NCBI GenBank assembly: GCA_010405405.1
Contig: MU004231.1
Coordinates: forward strand, 2,908,401-2,972,400
Direction: 5' to 3'
Length of the DNA stretch: 64,000 bases
DNA from: Microthyrium microscopicum
Taxonomy: Eukaryota
Shown one piece after another: positions 24,859 to 37,232 of the stretch. A model generated the notes under the pieces. That model was not told the origin of the DNA and did no database searches. It saw nothing but the letters and a program-made list of their open reading frames with translations. Each line of letters opens with the position of its first letter. The first letter of the stretch is position 1. A program made the translations under genes and the position numbers.

Positions 24859-27800
24859 ATGGAACCTTTTGGCCAACAGTCATCTACACCGCGAAGAAGA
24901 ACTCAAGATACACATGATCGACAATTAGACTCGCATCCTAATTCCCGGTCTCAGCGGCCTCCAAGAAGCTCCAAGAAGCTTTCGGACTATCTTTCCACGG
25001 CTCAAGATGGGTCAGCTTCTATATCACCCAGGACAAGAGGATTCGAACAGACTACCAGTTCTTTTCTGGGCTCGTTTGTGGTCTTTCCTGCGAGCAAGGA
25101 GACAAACGACACGAAACCTTTGAATGCTATCGACGACTTCAGTGCTATTCCGCTTCGCAGGCACACCACCGCCGAGAGCGCTTTCTCGAGTCGCACTCAC
25201 TATGATCAACTCACTTCGCGTTCGTCACTTTCAACATCACAGGTCCCTTCTTCGTGGAAATCCAGCTCAACAAACGCTAATCCAGGGAGCGGAATTGCGC
25301 AGACCGCAGGCCTAGCGCAGCAGCAGCAACGACACCCGACTCAGACCCCTTGCCAACAGTATCATGCGGTGGGAACCCATTTCCTGGCCTCGAATATTCA
25401 AAGCTTAAACTATCAGTCCTACGAGTCAACCATCACCAGAAACCATGATGATGAGCCTAAGCCATGCTCCCACTGGGACCGGCGATCCTCTGATAAGATC
25501 CTTGTATCTCCAGAAACCATCTTTGGGGATATCTCTAATATTGTAGAGTCACCTCTGTCCTCACCTGCCTTCAATACGTCGAGCCTGCATCCTCAGACCA
25601 CATCTCCTTCAAAGCGGCCACGATACCAAGACCAGTCAGTAGGAATGAACCCGCCGTATCCTATGAATCTCCCTCCACCTTCACAGACACCGCAGGAGAT
25701 GCCAACTCCTATCGAAACACAGCCTTGGGCTCTGCCATCTGCCTCTGAGGTCATACCACCAGTTCCGCCTAAGCCTACAGAATACTCTCGGCTGAACTCG
25801 CGACAACTTCACTCTGAAGGGCCTCAGCAAAAGGAAGCGGGGTCGTTCTTTGGCACTAGCCTTTCTTTTGACCATAGTGCCACTTCATATTCGTACAATA
25901 ACCTCGAGAGTGACAATCCATCTGTTGAACCTTTCGTATCTTTCCCAAAGACTGAGACCCAACCGGGTGAAGACTCAAGCCAAAAGGTTTACGACACCTT
26001 TTATACACCTTTAAATGAGACCTTTTACTCAGCATTTCCTTATGACCAGTTGGGCGAAAAGCATCAGGAGATTCGATTGCTTAAAGTGTTCCCTCGGAGA
26101 CCGCTGTGGCAACATATCAACGCGAATCCCCAGTGGGATTCACCTCATATTAAGAGCTTGGATAAAAATCAAAGTCTGATAGCTTGCGAGATGAGCAAAA
26201 CCGCCTTGCATAGAGTGAATGGCAGCTACAGCACGCTCTCTTACTGTGCTGGTGATCCGAAAAAGACCTCTATGATCTTAGTAAATGGTATCCCATTCAA
26301 TGCTTTTGCCAGTTTAGAGTCTGCGTTGGACAATGTATTGACTCATTGGTCAGCAATTGACTCGACGAGAGAGACAATTCAGCTTTGGATCGATCAGATC
26401 AGCATTAACCAGAGTGACAAGAAGGAGCGCGGGGACCAAGTCAAAGTCATGCGTGAGATATATCGACGAAGTGAACACACATTTGCCTGCTTGCCGACCT
26501 CGCAGAATCAAGATTGTTTATCCTGGATCCCGCGTTTACCTGGCCGGATGAAACAGTTTGATGCTTTGGCGATACAAGGGGGTGAATTCTTCTTTCTTCA
26601 CTCACTTTTCTCACTGATTTGTATATAGATCCACCAGGGGTGATACTTCTTAAGCATGCTCTACTGGACCATCTCGTCGGAAAAGACCAGGGTGGAGCCT
26701 TACGTCCCAGCCTGCCTCAATCATGTGTCGCAGCAGGCGACCAGCAATCTCAATTCAACTCAGTCAATCACCCCCTAAGGGCGGTTCAGTCGCGCTTAAG
26801 TATGATAGGTCTATCACAGCACAACAACAGCTCCCTCTCGCTACGACCTTCTAGATTTTCAGGACAATCAATTATGAGCAGAGACAGCCTTATCACTGAA
26901 GAGGCTAGCCCGGGCGTTGCGAATTCTCCCACCGAGTTCCAGAACAGCCTAGTATTGTTTATGACAAACAACTGGTGGCGTCGATCTTGGATCTATCAGG
27001 AGTTCATTTCAAATGAATTCATATACTTCCTATCCGGAAGCGTTTTGATACCATGGTGGGAATTATCGCCCCTTGTTGACTTCATTTGCAACGGTCTAGA
27101 TCGATTTCTCGAGGAAATTCGTCTACATTTTGATTCCAGAATCACACAAGAAATGCAAGAAAAAGAACGAGAAAGGCGACAGGAGCACAATAGACGAGTC
27201 GAACAACAGCGAGAAGAGCAAAGAAGACTGAAGCAGAAGAGAGATAGACAAGCGAGAGAGAGGCAGAAGAAGGTGAAAGAGCAAATGGAAGAACAAGCGC
27301 GCCAAAAGCGCAAGATCGCAGCACAAAAGGAAGCCCAACGACGATATCAAGAGCATTGGGACACTTATCGCTCCGAGAAACGACAATTTGAAGATGGAAA
27401 GCTGGCTCAGTGGCGAGATGCTTGGCAAAGTCAATGCGAAGCACGAGGGGAATATGAAGCGCAGCAACGCCATGAAGTGCGAAGAGAATTAGTAAACCTG
27501 AAGGACCAGAGAGCATCCCTTGGCACCAAGAAGAAAATCCTGGCAATAGTGTCCCTCTTAGGAGAGGAGAAGAAGCTAAGGAGCTTTCAGAGAGAAGTGA
27601 TGAAGCCAATCGACGAGCAGATTAGCAAGGTGTGCTTTGGAGGTCATTCCCCGGTGCATGATCAAGAAGCTGATGATAAATGTGGCGGGCGATTATTTCA
27701 ACTCGGCAGAGTCGAAAGATTGAGAAGTCTCACTACTGTGCCTTCAGATCCAAAGCGGTTCTCTACTCATTCTCTCGTTCCACCAAGACTTCCTCCTGCC

Positions 27801-28919
27801 ACACCTCCATCGCTACGTCAAAGTGACAGGCCATTCTCTTTCGGGGCTGAAGATCGAGAACAGACTAATCAACATCGATCGAGGAGCAGAGACAATGCAA
27901 ACAATCACTCGCTCGATCCATGCCACCAATTCCAAGAACAGACAGAGTACGATGCAGTCTATGATGGACATGATCAATCCTATTCTGAGCCAGCGGAAAA
28001 TACCTCTTCCTCTGAAGAGGTCCCAATCAGCCAGTTAGAATTGAGCTCGCCGCAATTTGAAGCACACGAAATCGAGCATCGCGACAAAATAGCCCGCATA
28101 CAAGCCGACTTCCACCAACTCGATAGATCCGCAATCGCCTCCATGGCCAAAGGCAAAGCAGACGCCCTGCGAGCCACAGATAGCCTCAAGCGCACATCAG
28201 ATCTCATGTCTCTTCTGCAGCATTCACGAAACTGCGAAGCTTCTGATTCACGCGATCGAATCTACGCTTTCCTTGGACTCGCTCACGAAGAATACACCAT
28301 AAAGCCCGACTACGGAACGAACAACACGATAGAGAAGGTACTCGTTGAAACAGCAAAAAGTATTCTCAAGCACGATAAATCCCTCGCTCTCTTGCAACAT
28401 GTTCACCGCGGCCGCGAAAATCTCATGACGAAACTTCCGTCTTGGGTGCCAGATTGGACGAGCAAAGAGAATATGTACAATCTCGATCAGTACAAGTTGG
28501 ATCCATTAAAGCCATTTGACGCAGCGAAAGGTAAAGCTGCATCAATAACATTTACTGTTGACAGCGAAGATAGCTCGTACGAGTATCTCAAAGTCAAGGG
28601 TGTTTATGTGGGCAAAATAAAGCATGTCCAATTTGAGCTGCCCGAATATGAGTTTGAGTCGTCCTTTACTACATTTGAAGGTCACTGCATCATTGGACCA
28701 AAGACTACGTTGCTTGATGACGAGATATGGGTATTGTATGGCTTTTCGAAGCCTGTCGCTTTACGTCCGGAGCGGAATGATATGTTTAGCTATCTTGGAG
28801 ATGCTCTTGTGTGCAACAAGGATGATACAGAGATGGGGTTTTCACCTGTCATGTTTGGAGAGATGATGAATAAGGTTGCAAGAGGTGATACAGAAGAGAG
28901 GGATATTTGGATTATTTGA
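24859..28919 (+). CDS. HET-domain (HET-6-like heterokaryon incompatibility) protein, ~1337 aa, with disordered N-terminus and internal coiled-coil insertion
   Basis: Intron 26582-26628 joins the two ORFs in frame. Motifs EIRLL, YSTLSYCAG, LWIDQISINQ..ERGDQVKVMREIY, WWRRSWIYQE, DSRDRIYAFLGL and LPSWVPDW. Confidence 0.88.
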
Positions 28920-28953
28920 GCATAATCAAGTTTTCTACATGGAGACTAAGTGC

Positions 28954-29166
28954 CAACGGCATGGCAAAATGAATGGCGCTCTCCCATCAACTCTGATGGC
29001 TGCCATCAGCGCTCTTAAGCAAAAGGTGCTATATCTCCCATTGTATTCGATAAGCCATTCGAATCTAGATAGCCTTCATGGCAAATAAAGCACTCGACTA
29101 AAGATCGTAGCCTCTAGGACCCAACGAGGCTGATGGGAGCGCGCCATTTATTTTGCCGACCTCTTG
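28954..29166. mobile_element. MITE-like non-autonomous element, copy 2 (213 bp)
   Basis: TIRs CAACGGCATGGCAAAATGAATGGCGCTCTCCCATCA ... TGATGGGAGCGCGCCATTTATTTTGCCGACCTCTTG. 5-bp TSD AGTGC (28949-28953 / 29167-29171). Shares internal blocks with copy 1. Confidence 0.8.
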
Positions 29167-31484
29167 AGTGCGAAGGGATGTATCATTGTCACTAAATAGT
29201 TGGTACTCCGTAGTTCAGCCTTGGTGCAAGTGATAGGAGCAACATAATTGGAAACATTAGATCATATGTACTGAAACCACATACTAAGCTATGATCTCAG
29301 GGTACGCTGCTCCATACATCAGATCAATCAAGATCTAGAGTACTTTTTACACTTGACAGGTGAAGGTTATATCAATGCTCCGTATCAATGAACGAGCACG
29401 TTGCACGCCACAATGCTCAATCTAGAAGCACTGTTTATCTGCAGCCTTGTCAGGATAAGGTGCGGTCCGTGTGCTACCTTGAGCTTCCAGCAGCTCCCGG
29501 TGGCTGATTCCCAAACACGAGGCATCGAGTGTGGGAATTGAGTGTGGCATAAGTGTGGTGATTGTGGGATAGAAAACGCCGTCTGACGTGTCTACCCATT
29601 TCACGACAGATAAAGGCTTGTAGTACCCACTTCAAGCTATCGGGATATCAAATCAAAGGAGGTGAAATCCCCCATGTGCTCGCGAACTCTAAAGCTGGGA
29701 GCTCGAGGTTGAATGAGAAAAGTGGATTCGGGGATTCTTGGAAACACGAGGGGTTCTTCTCGTCATTGACATCCTGTCTGATACTGCAAAGTCCATTGGA
29801 GGGAGTAGTCGAACCGTTAACCCAGTCTGGGTTCTTGATGCGATAGATATAGAAGAGTTACGTGGAAGATAAGGCAGGATTAGGCTGCTGCGTCAAGACT
29901 CCTGTTTTTTCGAAGAGAGAACCGTTGGTCCCCCTGGTTCTGGAGCTGCGTCAAGCAAGCTCAATCCAAGCATGACGTGCATGTCCACCCAGTTGTGGAT
30001 ACAGTTTAGACAGGCGTACAGATAATGGGCGTCTGCGGCATGATAAACAACCTACATAATGAATCAGCAGTAACCTTGTTCAATAATGTTGTCAAGTTGA
30101 CGAGTTGAAGTTGAAGGGATATCCCTCGAAGAACCGGAATAAAGATCGGACCGCGAAATGATTCTGGAAGCCGCAAAGAATTGGACGTTGCGCTGGAAGC
30201 TTGGGCGCCACAGGGTCCTGGATCCCAAGGCGGTGAAGATTGGCGATCTGCAAAAGCCTGGCCAGATCAGAGATTGTTTCCAAATTCCCGCTTGTTTTAC
30301 AATCTGTTCAGTGGCAATTTGTGTAGGAATTGTTGTTCAAATTACAGCGTAAAGCACGAAAGCTAAAATCGCAAGCTTCACAAAGATCTAGCGGCGGAAG
30401 CAGGATCAATAGGCTCTGTGGGCTGAAACTTACCAGCATCCACCCTCTGAAAAGCCATAAAGGTCCACAATCGCGAAAGAATTAGGAGGGCGTTTCCTGG
30501 ATGCTCCGAAAGGAACGACAGCTTAAGGTACAAGTGGATCAACGCTGCATGGGATATTATGCACGCTAACGAAGCATGTCGGAGCATCCAGGCACACCTT
30601 CAAAGAAGAATTGGCCAATCTAGAGACTGTAAATTGATCTACCACGGATGTGAATAGGTAATACATCTGTTTAGCTACTGAGAGGTAATATATTTGCTCC
30701 ATGCCAGGACAGCCGGGGTATCTTGGCCGACACATGCAGAGGCAATCAAAAGCAGCAGCCTGGGATATTGAGAAACCTCGGACGAAGAGAGAGGAAAGGG
30801 TTCTCATGTGCTGGAGTGGAAAGAGACTGATGTGATAGGCCCTTGAAGGCGCATTGGAGGAGGATTGCTATCTACTATGTTGATGAGCACTGTATAATGC
30901 CCAGTACAGACTACGGAGGCTCAGAAGGAGCAAGATAGCCCCTCAATTCAGTAGAATGCAAGTCCAGGGACGAAGCAGATATCGGATGACTGGATCGTCG
31001 AGGCTCTAGAGTCTGAAATGATCAAGTTTACTCACGCGACGTGAATGGTGAGAAAGTCATGTCTCGCACATAAAGTTGATGGGCAGATATTACTTTGGTA
31101 GTTATTAATTAAGGGTTCTAGAAAGATATACAAAGTTATAGACCACAGACAGAGAAGAGGTACAGCCGTACAGCAGCAAATTACAGGAAAAGAGGCAGGC
31201 GCGAACCCCTCGCTTGCCGTTTTTTTGGCGTTGACCCCCAGACCCCCCCGGCTCTTTCCCTGAGCCCAGACACTAACGCAGGCGAAACAAACCACGCCAC
31301 ACCCTAAAGTATCCCAGGTCCCTTCCCTTTTAAAGCTTCGAGATTTTTCTTCTCTCATTCCGCCGCCCTGCAATCGCTTCAATCCTCCCCTCCCTCCCTT
31401 TATCTACCTCCTCTTCTCTCCTAGGTCAATTATCATTTATCTAATTGACTATCACCTTCTGCTTGCGTGCCCATAATCTTCGCC

Positions 31485-32991
31485 ATGAGCTCCACCAAGG
31501 CAGAGGCTCGCCCAAAGCCCCATATTACCGACACTCCCATTACCTGGGCAAACTGGCATCAACATGTCAACTGGCTCAATTGCGTCTTCATCATTGGAAT
31601 TCCTCTTAGCGGCTGCATTGCTGCCATATGGACTCCTTTGAAATGGCAAACAGCTCTTTGGGCAGTTATCTACTACTTCTGTACCGGTCTCGGTAAGCTA
31701 CTTCTTCATACAAACACTTGTCGACAAACAACTAATCTGGCTCAGGAATTACTGCAGGATATCACCGCCTCTGGGCACACAAGAGTTACTCAGCATCACG
31801 CCCGTTAGAGCTTTTCCTCGCCCTATGTGGTGGTGGAGCAGTTGAAGGTTCAATTCGCTGGTGGAGTCGGGATCAGTATGTCTCAAATTTTGCCGCTTTG
31901 TATACATTGGCCCTAACCTGAATAGCCGAGCCCACCACCGCTACACCGACACCAATAAAGATCCATACAGCGTCCGCAAGGGTCTTCTATACTCACATTT
32001 CGGATGGATGGTCATGAAACGTATGTTCAGATTTTCCGATAATTCAGAATACCACTAATGAGTTGTAGAAAACCCCAAGCGAATTGGCCGAACTGATATT
32101 TCCGATCTCAACGAAAACGCAATTGTTGTATGGCAACACAAGAACTATGTTCACGTCGCTCTGGGTATGGGTGTCATTTTCCCTGCTGCTGTTTCTGGTC
32201 TTCTCTGGAACGACTGGGTCGGTGGCTTAGTCTATGCCGGCATCATGCGTATTCTTTTCGTTCAGCAAGCCACTTTCTGCGTCAACTCCCTCGCCCATTG
32301 GCTCGGAGACCAACCTTTCGACGACCGAAACTCGCCCCGTGATCATGTTCTTACCGCCCTCGTCACCCTTGGAGAAGGATATCACAATTTCCATCACGAA
32401 TTCCCTTCAGATTACCGAAATGCTATTGAGTGGTGGCAGTATGATCCTACCAAGTGGTTCATCTGGATCAACAAGAAGATGGGTCTTGCCTACAACCTGA
32501 AGCAATTCCGCTCCAACGAAATCGAAAAGGGCCGTGTTCAACAATTGCAAAAGAAGATTGACCAGAAGCGTACCACTCTCGACTGGGGTACACCACTAGA
32601 GCAACTTCCCGTTATGGAATGGGACGATTTCAAAGAGCAAGCTCAAACTGAAGGTCGAGCTCTCGTGGCTATTGCCGGAGTCGTCCACGATGTTTCTGGA
32701 TTTATTGCTGATCACCCTGGTGGAAAAGCCCTCATTCAATCTGGTGTCGGCAAGGATGCTACCGCCATGTTCAACGGTGGTGTTTATAACCATTCCAACG
32801 CAGCCCACAATCTGCTCAGTACCATGCGTATTGGTGTGATTCGTGGTGGCATGGAAGTCGAGATCTGGAAACGAGCCCAGGCCGAAAAGGAGGGAATCCC
32901 AGCTAAGGACGAGAACGGTCAACGGATCGTCCGAGCTGGAGATCAAGTTACACGGTTGTCAGAACCATTTGTTAGCGCTGGTGCTGCATGA
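31485..32991 (+). CDS. OLE1: Delta-9 fatty acyl-CoA desaturase with fused C-terminal cytochrome b5 domain; 4 exons
   Basis: His boxes HRLWAH, HRAHH (across an intron) and HNFHH. Cytochrome b5 HPGG motif. Short GT-AG introns. Confidence 0.95.
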
Positions 32992-33379
32992 TTTCATCAT
33001 GCTTTTTGATTGTTGAGCATGGTTTTCAGAAACAAAAGGAGTTACAGTATTGGCGTTGGTGGTGAAATTGGTTTATGGATGTTTTCACGATCAAGCTACT
33101 CCAAAAGCCAAAAACATGGTTCTTGCGTCCTGGATGACGGTGGATAGCATCTTTTTGCGATTAATGACTGAGCTTGGCATCACATAGACCGCGTGGACAT
33201 TTTTCATATCCCCTAGATACTAGTTCCACGAAGCGAAATCCTATTAGGAATATCAAATTATTCAATCATCAATCTGTTTAACCGCGCATGAAACTATTCT
33301 TGATAAACAGAAAAAAAATTATTCTTAATATAGAACGGAAGTATGGCTCAATGATAGTACATATATCATTTTAAGCGTC

Positions 33380-33426
33380 GAGGTGACTAGAGCCTAGAGG
33401 TGACTAGAGCCTAGAGGTGACTAGAG
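33380..33426. repeat. 17-bp tandem repeat (GAGGTGACTAGAGCCTA, ~2.7 copies)
   Basis: Directly visible in the OLE1-TDP1 intergenic region. Confidence 0.9.
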
Positions 33427-33602
33427 TACGGAGCTGCTTGCCTGTTCCTTTGTTGCTCCCAAACAACCTGAAGTTACCCTAGGTGGCAACCAAGACCTGA
33501 TACGGAGTACAGTGTGAGATTTCTCATACCACAACTTATGTACCAATTCAAAATCATTCGTTTCTTTTTTCTTGTCCGACTGGCTACAATCATCATCACA
33601 TA

Positions 33603-35189
33603 ATGGAGCGTCCCAACAAGCGCCGAAAATTAGAGAGCTTCGAACGACCCATCAGCCCACCACCTCGCAAATCACGAGATCCAAATATTGTCCCATCACC
33701 AACTGTCGGTACAAAAGATACGTCTGAAAAAAACACAGCCAAAGCAACCTCATCTTCAGATATACCTCGAAAGAGCGCATTCCGATTAACCACCATCTCC
33801 GACCTCGATGACGCTAGCAACATCGACACAATCTCCATCCAGGATATCCTCGGTGACCCACTCTTGAAAGAAGTATGGCTTTTCGACTATCTCTTCAATC
33901 TAGACTTTTGCATGAGCCAGTTCGATCGCGATGCCTTAGTCCAAGTCAAGATTGTCCACGGAAACTGGAAGACGGAATCGCCTATGCGTCAGCACCTGGA
34001 GGAGGCGTCCAAGAAATTTGACAATGTGGAAATTATATGTGCTTACATGCCTGAGCCGTTTGGGACTCATCATTCGAAAATGATGGTGCTGTTTCGACAT
34101 GATGGTTTTGCGCAGGTTGTTGTTCATACGGCGAATTTGATTCCGTTTGATTGTGAGAATATGACGCAGGGTGTGTGGTTGTCGCCTTTGCTGCCGGGTT
34201 TGAAGGACGACGGCCGGGATGAAGAAGGCGAAGAGCATGCGTTGGGGACGGGGGAGCGGTTTAAGGTTGATCTGTTGAGATATCTGAAGCAGTATGGTCG
34301 GAAGACGAAAGAGCTGGTGACTCAGCTTGAGGCTTTTGACTTTGCGGCCATACGGGCTGCGTTCATTGCCAGTGCGCCGACAAAGGAGATGCTGAACGAG
34401 AGTTCAACTTCAGATTATACGGCTTTTGGCTGGCCTGGATTGAAGCAGGTGCTGAAGACTATCAATAAGGCTTCGAAAGCTGATGATACTGTGGTCATGC
34501 AAGTATCTTCTATTGCTACGCTGAACGAGAAGTGGATTGATAATTTCAACGAAGTACTGCACACGCAAACCAAACAAGCGAGCCTTGGTATCAAGAGCAA
34601 AACACGACTAGTATGGCCGACAGTAGAGGATGTTCGACTCTCCTTAAATGGATACGAATCTGGTGGAAGCATTCACCTCAAAGGCACCAGCAAGGCTCAA
34701 AAGAAGCAGATCATTTCTCTAAGATCCATGATGTATCGATGGAGTGGAAGCTCAGTACCACCGGCAAGTAGCTCTGCATCAACCACCGGTAATGCCATGC
34801 GTTCCCTAGCCGCGCCGCATATCAAGACCTTCATACGATACTCGCAAGACTTTGGCAACATTCGCTGGGCGCTGTTGAGCTCCGCCAATCTAAGTACGCA
34901 GGCTTGGGGTGCTTTACCTGATAAGGAGGGACGAGTGAGAATATGCTCATGGGAAGTTGGAGTTATGATCTGGCCCAAGCTGTTTGAGACTGAAGATGAA
35001 AGCCTAGACATGGTACCAGTATTTGGTCAAGATGGTTTGGATGGCGACGATTCAAGCCCCAAGTCTATCCCACTACGTATACCATACGATCTTCCCCTTC
35101 AGCGCTATACTCAAGACGATGAACCATGGTGCACCACAGAAGCACACTCTGAGCCCGACCACAATGGCATGGCATGGCCAGCACGGTAG
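33603..35189 (+). CDS. TDP1: Tyrosyl-DNA phosphodiesterase 1
   Basis: 528-aa ORF with two HxK catalytic motifs (FGTHHSKMMV, APHIKT), plus SANLSTQAWG and SWEVGV. Confidence 0.95.
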   Translation: MERPNKRRKLESFERPISPPPRKSRDPNIVPSPTVGTKDTSEKNTAKATSSSDIPRKSAFRLTTISDLDDASNIDTISIQDILGDPLLKEVWLFDYLFNLDFCMSQFDRDALVQVKIVHGNWKTESPMRQHLEEASKKFDNVEIICAYMPEPFGTHHSKMMVLFRHDGFAQVVVHTANLIPFDCENMTQGVWLSPLLPGLKDDGRDEEGEEHALGTGERFKVDLLRYLKQYGRKTKELVTQLEAFDFAAIRAAFIASAPTKEMLNESSTSDYTAFGWPGLKQVLKTINKASKADDTVVMQVSSIATLNEKWIDNFNEVLHTQTKQASLGIKSKTRLVWPTVEDVRLSLNGYESGGSIHLKGTSKAQKKQIISLRSMMYRWSGSSVPPASSSASTTGNAMRSLAAPHIKTFIRYSQDFGNIRWALLSSANLSTQAWGALPDKEGRVRICSWEVGVMIWPKLFETEDESLDMVPVFGQDGLDGDDSSPKSIPLRIPYDLPLQRYTQDDEPWCTTEAHSEPDHNGMAWPAR

Positions 35190-35334
35190 ACAGTCAAGCA
35201 GTACACAGGTACAAGAATAAGAGTATTCAATGAACATGATATTTCCTAGATATTTCTAGTACATTCCTCTTTCCGCATGATGCCAAACACTGGCGATATT
35301 TTTGCTCCAGATTTTACGCCTTGCTGATCATAAC

Positions 35335-35786
35335 TTAAGCCTTGGCCTTAGCAAGCTTCTCCTTCTCCTCAGCAGTGAGCTTATCCTCTGGCTTGATGCC
35401 ATACTTTGTCTTGTACTCGTTGACAAGCTCGACGTATTGCTTGTCGGCATCGGCAGCGGAGATGCCCTCATCGGCGAGCTTCTTCCATGCGTTGTACTTC
35501 TCCTTGGCCTATAGCAACACTGATCAGTACAAGCTGTTTTTGTGGGAAGAGGGGGAGGTGGTAGAACGTACGACAAAGTTGAACATGCCTGGGGCAGACT
35601 TTGTGCTGATGTCCTCGCCCTGAGCGATTTTGGCAAGTCCGTAGAGCTATAGCAGCAATTAGTGACTTGGCATGGTTGGTTGGTTGAGAGGGGTTGATCT
35701 CATACCTTGAGCATCTCAGCTTGCTCTGGGGCCTTTTCGAGGAGGCCGATCTCGACGTAGGCGACGTTGAATGCTTTGGAAGGCAT
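35335..35786 (-). CDS. ACB1: Acyl-CoA-binding protein; 3 exons
   Basis: Spliced product MPSKAF...EMLK/LYGLAKIAQGEDISTKSAPGMFNF/..KEKYNAWKKL...YVELV matches the ACBP pattern. Confidence 0.85.
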
Positions 35787-37232
35787 GATGATTGAGTTGT
35801 ATTGGGAAAGTGTGTGTGGAGGATTGTACGGAGTATGAAGGGTAGATTTGATGTGCGTTTTTGAAGATAGTCGGAGGATGTGCACGCTATATATACTACG
35901 GCAGTTCCTTTCACTCAATCAATCACGGTCACGGTTCAATTTGCTACAAGGGCAGCAGCGGGGCGTCGTTGGAAGCGAAGATCCACTTTGGCGGGGCAAC
36001 AATTTTGGTGATGAAAGCTGTGGGCTTAGCCTGCCGCGTTGCTGAGATGATACACAATTATAGCAATGAGAACGTGCACTCGTAGCTTTTGAATACTCTA
36101 GGTTCTTTGTTTGCTGAAAGGAGTAACAGTGGGTCTGACTATCTAAAAGCCTTATGCCCCTGGGAGATTTTTGAGGATGAGCATTGGCTTACACCATCTT
36201 CCAGAAGCACAAGTGCCCGTTGCCAATCGTGCGATTTAATCTCCGACATAGAATAGAAGCAATGAGCTTCTATCTTAGAGCTTGTGGGGGCGTAGATTCT
36301 GGAGCTATGCCCTGAAAGCCATGAGCCTCAAACGTGATGTGGATACGCTACGAAATTAAAGAGGCTGCCGGGGCTGTTACAGAGGCTGCTACATGAGGCG
36401 TTGATGTGTAGATGGCAAGGGATTAAGAAGAAGGATCGAATAACGTCGCTGAATTCTATGGGGCCGAAATTAACTCTCATGGCCACCTGGGACTCAAAAT
36501 GTATCTTGGATGTATTGTCTGCAGTTACTGTAAGGTGGTCAATGAAGATTCGACACTATCTAAATGATGACTTGAGAAAGAAAAACAAAGACAATTGAAA
36601 ATAAGATGACCTCCAATCAGGGAAAGCTTTATTATCCTATTCAATCTGAGGGCTATGAGCCTATGACCCAGTCGAAATGTATAGAATATCCTAGAGTGTT
36701 TATAGCACTGTCAACATGACTGTGAAGTTGAATGTCGAGTAAACATGAACGCAAATCAGTATGGTCTCGACTCTCGAAGTGTTTTACGATATTTCATCCT
36801 GAAATAAAAGTTCAAGAACTTAGCAATCAAAGACAATGGCTTGAGCAAAGGACTGCGTCGTCTGAAAGAAAGGAAGCCGTTGTAGAATTGATTTTGATAA
36901 CTTTGCATTTCTCAAGTTGATTCAGCCTGATGGTGACTTCGTATCCCAATTCAGCGTTTAGTGATAACTCCACCCATTCAAAGCAAAGTCGACCAGCCAC
37001 ATCGGGTCAGCTCTCGACGATAGCCTAGACCATCTAACTCTGACTATTTACTACCTATTGCGATTCTCGAGTCGAAGAATGAGCCGGCTTTCTTCTATGG
37101 ATATGATATTCGACAGTCACAACGCAGGTTAATAGATTTTGCTGCCGTATTGTCCTACCTTTTACACTATTCTACAGCAAGTTCTCCTCGTTGTTATGAA
37201 ATCAAACCTTTTCCTCGTCCAAGACCTTCAAA

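Noticed and set aside
5449..29166. The two MITE copies bracket the TE nest plus ankyrin and HET genes, like a composite transposon or cargo element
   Set aside because: Each copy has its own distinct TSD (ACTTG vs AGTGC), indicating independent insertions. No shared outer TSD and no captain or recombinase gene is seen.
29200..31400. ~2 kb gene-free region with several short ORFs, possibly a decayed gene
   Set aside because: No recognisable motif and no consistent splice model could be built by eye.
33380..33426. Short direct repeats as a CRISPR-like array
   Set aside because: The units are contiguous with no spacers, in a eukaryotic context with no cas genes.
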